Assembly: GCA_020637055.1 (NCBI GenBank)
Contig: JACJWR010000002.1
Location: forward strand, 271,802 to 335,801
Direction of reading: 5' to 3'
DNA length: 64,000 bases
Source: Actinomycetota bacterium
Lineage (GTDB): Bacteria; Actinomycetota; Actinomycetes; S36-B12; UBA10799
The position numbers were made by a program, and so were the translations under genes. Of this stretch, positions 60,013 to 64,000 are shown one piece after another. The notes beneath the pieces were generated by a model that had not been told where the DNA came from, made no database searches, and saw only the letters and a program-made list of their open reading frames with translations. Numbering within the stretch: the first letter of the stretch is position 1; each line of letters starts with the position of its first letter.

Positions 60013-61953
60013 GTGGAGTGGCTGTGGCTGGCGCGGATCCACCTGCGTCAGGGTCTGATGGAACTGCCTCCGCCCGGGAGCACCTGGCGGTCGGCGGCGC
60101 GACGTGCGATCGTCGTCGCCGCCTTCTTCGCGGCCGGGTTGGCCACCGACTCGCTGCACTTGACGATCATGGGTGCCTTCGGTGCGCTGCAGGTGGGGTT
60201 GATGGAGGCTGTGCGACCGGGACGGGAATTGGCTGCCGTCCTGGGCGTCAGCGTGCTGGCCATCTCAGTCTCAGCCTTTGCGGCATCAGCACTCGGCGGC
60301 AAATGGTGGGTACTCCCGTTGGTGGTCTCATTGGGCTACGTCTACGGCTGCGTGAGTGAGCTGGGCTTGGGGCCGTTGGCGGTGTCGCTCGGCTCGGTGG
60401 CGATCGCCGTGATCTTCGCGGGCATCCCGCAGTCGCCCTACGACGCGGCCGTGGGTGGAATGTGGGTGGCGATCGGCGGCGCGGTCCAGGCCGCGCTGTG
60501 GCTGCTCGACCTGCGCCACGACCGCCGGCGTCACATCCGGCGGTTGCTCGCGGTCAAGACCGAATCGTTGTCGCACATCGCACGTCGCGGGGTGGTGGAC
60601 CAACGTGTGGTGCAACGATCCTTCACCGCCACCGATCGCGCCCGGGATGCACTGTCGGGCGCGGGGTTGCCGTCAGATCAGCGATCGGCCCTGGAATCGG
60701 CCCTGGTCGCGCAGTTGCAGGTGCTCCGGGCGTTGCTCACGTGGATCGCATTGCGGCAGCCGGGGTTGCAGGCGCGGATGGCTGTGGCGCTGCATCTGGA
60801 GGCGATTGGAGCCTCCCTCCGATCTGGCAAACCGGTTGACGCATCCATGCAACGACCATCCGAGGCCATCGGTGCGGCCGAACCCCAACCATGGCTAGCC
60901 ACCGCGGCCTTGGGCGAGGCGATGGATCGGCTGTCCGATGCTGCGTCTGCTGCGGCGGGGGCAGGTACGCCGGGACAGGTGCAGGCGGCGGACTGGGAGA
61001 TACCTCCGCCGGGCACTCGGCCACCATCTTCTCCTGGACGAAGCTGGCGCGACATCGTGTCGGCCTTGCATCCGCGTGCTCCTGGCGCCCGATTCGGGCT
61101 CCGGATGGCGCTCGCCCTCGCGATCGCCGAGTCGCTGACCCTGCTGGTGTCGGTCGGTCATTCGTTCTGGCTGCCGTTGACGGTGGTGTTCATCTTGCGG
61201 CCGGAGGTGGTGAACACACTCTTTCGGGGTCTCACCAGACTCGCCGGGAACTTCGTCGCCGTGGTGACCGTCCCCACCCTGCTCGCGGTCACCGCGGGCC
61301 GCAGCGTCGTGCTGGTCACCGTCGTGCTGGCGCTGGCCACCGTCACCTATCGATTCTTCACCGGCAACTACGCGCTGACGAGTTTCGGGCTTGCGGGCAC
61401 GGTGTTGGTGCTCGACACCACACTGGCGCCGGGTGGCGACCTGTTCTTCACGCGCATCGCTGCCACAGCTGCGGGGGCTCTGCTGGCGTTGATCGTGGTT
61501 GTCGCGGTGCCGGTGGCGCCCCGTGCGAACGCAGGCGTGATCATCGCGAAGGTGGCGGCGACGTTCGGCGAGTGGGCGGCTCAGGTGAGATCCGGGCTGG
61601 GTGCCGATGGTTCGGACTCGGCAACCCTGGCGCGTTCCCTGGCTGCGTCGCGAGCCGAACTGCAGAAGCTAGGAAGCGCGTCTGAGGCAGCCCTATTCGA
61701 GCCGCGGATGCGGTCGCAGGGGGTGCGGCTGACTATTGCGCTGGAGGCCGCGTGGCGGATGGAGGTATGCCTGGTCGCGCTGTCGTTCTACACCAGGGTG
61801 GCGGGCGGGACGGAACTGCCACGCACGGTCGGTGGATCGGCGGTGGACTCACCCGAACGCTTGGCGGTGGCGGAGCAGCAGTTGCGACTCGAATCGGCCA
61901 CGCGCGACTTGAACGCCGAAACCGATGGGACCGCAAATCCGGCTCCACCATGA
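60013..61953 (+). CDS. FUSC / YccS-like (aromatic acid exporter family) integral membrane protein
   Basis: 646 aa with two multi-TM blocks separated by a long soluble helical region. GAGGAGGG RBS precedes GTG 60013. The family call is by architecture only. Confidence 0.7.
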   Translation: MEWLWLARIHLRQGLMELPPPGSTWRSAARRAIVVAAFFAAGLATDSLHLTIMGAFGALQVGLMEAVRPGRELAAVLGVSVLAISVSAFAASALGGKWWVLPLVVSLGYVYGCVSELGLGPLAVSLGSVAIAVIFAGIPQSPYDAAVGGMWVAIGGAVQAALWLLDLRHDRRRHIRRLLAVKTESLSHIARRGVVDQRVVQRSFTATDRARDALSGAGLPSDQRSALESALVAQLQVLRALLTWIALRQPGLQARMAVALHLEAIGASLRSGKPVDASMQRPSEAIGAAEPQPWLATAALGEAMDRLSDAASAAAGAGTPGQVQAADWEIPPPGTRPPSSPGRSWRDIVSALHPRAPGARFGLRMALALAIAESLTLLVSVGHSFWLPLTVVFILRPEVVNTLFRGLTRLAGNFVAVVTVPTLLAVTAGRSVVLVTVVLALATVTYRFFTGNYALTSFGLAGTVLVLDTTLAPGGDLFFTRIAATAAGALLALIVVVAVPVAPRANAGVIIAKVAATFGEWAAQVRSGLGADGSDSATLARSLAASRAELQKLGSASEAALFEPRMRSQGVRLTIALEAAWRMEVCLVALSFYTRVAGGTELPRTVGGSAVDSPERLAVAEQQLRLESATRDLNAETDGTANPAPP

Positions 61954-61978
61954 GGCAACCTCGGACTAGCCTGGGGGT

Positions 61979-63514
61979 ATGACGCCGCAGCTTCCGGTCG
62001 AGGCACCGGCGGCGCTGCCCAAGGCGAAGCGACGCTGGTGGTCACTGATTGCGTTATGCCTGGTCACGGCGCTGGTGTGGTTCGCCGCCTCCGACATCGC
62101 GATCGCGCTGCCGACGATCGCGGGCGAACTCGGCGGCACCATGGACACCCTGCAATGGGCGGTCAACGGCTACTTCCTCGCTGGGGCGCTCATCATCGTC
62201 GGCGGCCGGGTGGCCGACATCTACGGTCGGCGCCTGCTGTTCGGCATCGGCACCGCGCTGATCCTGCTCGGATCCGTGGTAGCCGCCCTGGCCAGCACGC
62301 CCCAGTTGTTGATCATCGGCCGGGTGATCCAGGGAATCGGTGCCGCGGCGGTGCTGCCGACGGCCCTCGCGATCATCGCGGTGATCTTCAGCGGAAAGCA
62401 ACGCGATGCCGCAATCGCGATTTGGATCGCGGTCTGCTGGGGTGCCGGCGCAATCGGTCCGCTGGTCGGCGGAGTGATCGTGCAGGGTTTGGATTGGCAG
62501 TGGATCTTCTGGATAAATCTGCCCATCGGTGCCGTGGCGCTGCTGCTCACCTGGTGGTCGACGCCGGAGACGCGGGACCCGCGGGCGGTGCGCAGCATCG
62601 ACGTGCCAGGGGTGGTGACCCTGGTGGGGGGCCTGTTCGTACTGTCGTGGGCGCTGGTGCTCTTCGACACCCTCGCCACGTTCGCATTCGCCGGGATGAT
62701 GGCTGCAGCCGTGCTGCTGCTGGGCGGCTTCGTGGCCATCGAACGGCGAGCGTCGAACCCGGTGGTGAACCTCGAAGTCTTCCGGATGCGTCGATTCGAC
62801 GGAGCGGTGCTCGCCAACCTCATCGCCAACTTCGTGTTCGCCGGTGTGGTGTTCTTCATGGCGTTGTACCTGCAGGTGGTGGCGGACTACGACCCGTTGC
62901 GCGCCGGCATCGCCCTGCTGCCCGCCACGATCCCGATTCTGCTCGTCAACCCGATCGGTACCTGGCTGGGCCAGCGCTATGGACCCGCCTGGCCGACGGC
63001 ACTTGGCATGGCCTGTCTGGCCGTCGCGGCCTTCCTGCTGTTGGATCTGACCGGCGGTGTCGCTGAACTGCTGGTGCCGTTCGGTTTGATCGGCGTCGGC
63101 CTCGGCCTGCAGATCACCCCGTGTGCGGTGGCCGCCGTCGAGGATCCCGGCCCGGCCGGCGAAGGTGCGGTCTCGGGGGTGTTCAAGGCGGCGTCGATGG
63201 TGGGTTCGTCGCTCGCCGTCGCGGTGGGAACGGCAGTCTTCCAGAGCGATGTGCGCCGCCAGCTCGAGGACGTCCTCGGCACGCCGCCCACGGAACTGCA
63301 TGGTCAGGTGCTCGATGTGCTCACCGGCGGCCTGGGCCTCGGTGAGATCGCCGACCAGATCCCGGGCGACGCCAGGCAGGTCGTCACGGACGTTTTCGAC
63401 GCAGCGGTCGGACTGGCGATGTGGCCCACGATCGTGATGGCCCTGGTGGGCATTGCGGCGGCTATCGTGCTGCTGCGCGGCGGAGCGGATCCCAGCGGGT
63501 CGACTCGCCGGTAG
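61979..63514 (+). CDS. MFS transporter, DHA2 (14-TMS, EmrB/QacA-like) drug:H+ antiporter
   Basis: 511 aa with a GGRVADIYGRRLLF-type motif A, LIIGRVIQGIGAA and 14 hydrophobic segments. Confidence 0.9.
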   Translation: MTPQLPVEAPAALPKAKRRWWSLIALCLVTALVWFAASDIAIALPTIAGELGGTMDTLQWAVNGYFLAGALIIVGGRVADIYGRRLLFGIGTALILLGSVVAALASTPQLLIIGRVIQGIGAAAVLPTALAIIAVIFSGKQRDAAIAIWIAVCWGAGAIGPLVGGVIVQGLDWQWIFWINLPIGAVALLLTWWSTPETRDPRAVRSIDVPGVVTLVGGLFVLSWALVLFDTLATFAFAGMMAAAVLLLGGFVAIERRASNPVVNLEVFRMRRFDGAVLANLIANFVFAGVVFFMALYLQVVADYDPLRAGIALLPATIPILLVNPIGTWLGQRYGPAWPTALGMACLAVAAFLLLDLTGGVAELLVPFGLIGVGLGLQITPCAVAAVEDPGPAGEGAVSGVFKAASMVGSSLAVAVGTAVFQSDVRRQLEDVLGTPPTELHGQVLDVLTGGLGLGEIADQIPGDARQVVTDVFDAAVGLAMWPTIVMALVGIAAAIVLLRGGADPSGSTRR

Positions 63515-63585
63515 CACGATGGGCCAACGGTTGGCGGGTGGTTCGCCGCGTGGCAACGCGGTTCGGCAGCCGGAAGAATGCACGG

Positions 63586-64000
63586 GTGGCTCCTCGCCGG
63601 TTCGTCATCCTCGGCGACACCCAGATCGCCGGACGGGCATGTGCGGCCCTGACCGAACTCGGACACAGCCTCGACCACGCGCTGCGGCCCTCGCAGGACG
63701 AACTGCGGGCGGCCCTCAGCACGCCCGTCGACGGGGTGATCGTGCTGTTCCACGACGATCCCACCGCGATGCGCTACGTCCTCGCAGTCGAGCATCTGCG
63801 CCCGGGTGTTCCGATCTGGGTGGCACTGTTCGATCGGACCGCCAGCGTCGAACTCGACAACGTGGTGGTCAACCTCACCACAAGTTCCCCGGCCGAGGTG
63901 GCTCTGCCCAGTTTGCTCGCCGGCGTGCTGGGCCGCACCGGCGAGATCGCTGTGTGCCCACCGTCGGCCGCGGGACTGCCTGAGCCGACGGCTCTGGCCA
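63586..64000 (+). CDS. Hypothetical protein, N-terminal part (Rossmann/TrkA-N-like beginning); the 3' end lies outside the window
   Basis: The frame is not in the track because it has no stop within the window. Read manually, it gives V-APRRFVILGDTQIAGRACAALTELGHSLDHAL...VIVLFHDD... with consistent GC3 bias. Alternative GTG starts are at 63538 and 63550. Confidence 0.45.
   Translation, partial: MAPRRFVILGDTQIAGRACAALTELGHSLDHALRPSQDELRAALSTPVDGVIVLFHDDPTAMRYVLAVEHLRPGVPIWVALFDRTASVELDNVVVNLTTSSPAEVALPSLLAGVLGRTGEIAVCPPSAAGLPEPTALA

Noticed and set aside
62054-63583. 509-aa minus-strand ORF
   Set aside because: It is antisense to the DHA2 MFS transporter and has Arg/His/Asp-rich non-protein-like composition.
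63453-63983. 176-aa plus-strand ORF from the track at the right edge
   Set aside because: It gives an Arg/Pro/Gly-rich translation. The adjacent frame, open to the window end, gives a protein-like sequence (FVILGDTQIAGRACAALTELGH...) with better GC3 bias and was annotated instead.

Overview
This is a high-GC actinobacterial chromosomal segment, densely coded and dominated by conserved housekeeping genes. The gene order is the one known from the Mycobacterium/Actinomycetales thrS-to-aroE core region. It runs thrS, HIT, pgsA, PIM acyltransferase and pimA, then pdxS, pdxT and yebC. It continues with ruvCAB, yajC, secDF and relA, and ends with hisS, aspS, alaS, ruvX, mltG and aroE. One tRNA-Val(CAC) is present. 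I saw no rRNA, CRISPR array, integrase, transposase or obvious prophage. Variable content sits in and after this backbone:
- Two divergent DUF222/HNH (REP13E12-like) genes. One follows a near-consensus LexA box. The other follows a different perfect palindrome and lies next to the tRNA.
- A PAS-GGDEF cyclase and a WS/DGAT.
- A type IV pilus motor-only cluster (pilB-pilT-pilC) directly after aroE, followed by a DUF2510-PrsW protease where pilin or prepilin peptidase genes would be expected.
- Two ABC exporter pairs, one with a divergent TetR gene and a 14-bp inverted-repeat operator.
- A likely ACBP / adenosylhomocysteinase-like / MtaD-like amidohydrolase operon.
- A predicted lipoprotein with a C-terminal MbtH-like domain.

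The most unusual items are the exported MbtH fusion, the AHCY-like/deaminase pair, a degenerate EF-G-like pseudo-GTPase ORF, and the pilBTC-PrsW arrangement. None is a demonstrably new system from sequence alone. All family calls rest on motifs I read in the supplied translations and compared with remembered consensus patterns. No searches were run. Many long ORFs in the six-frame track are GC-driven antisense shadow frames and were discarded.
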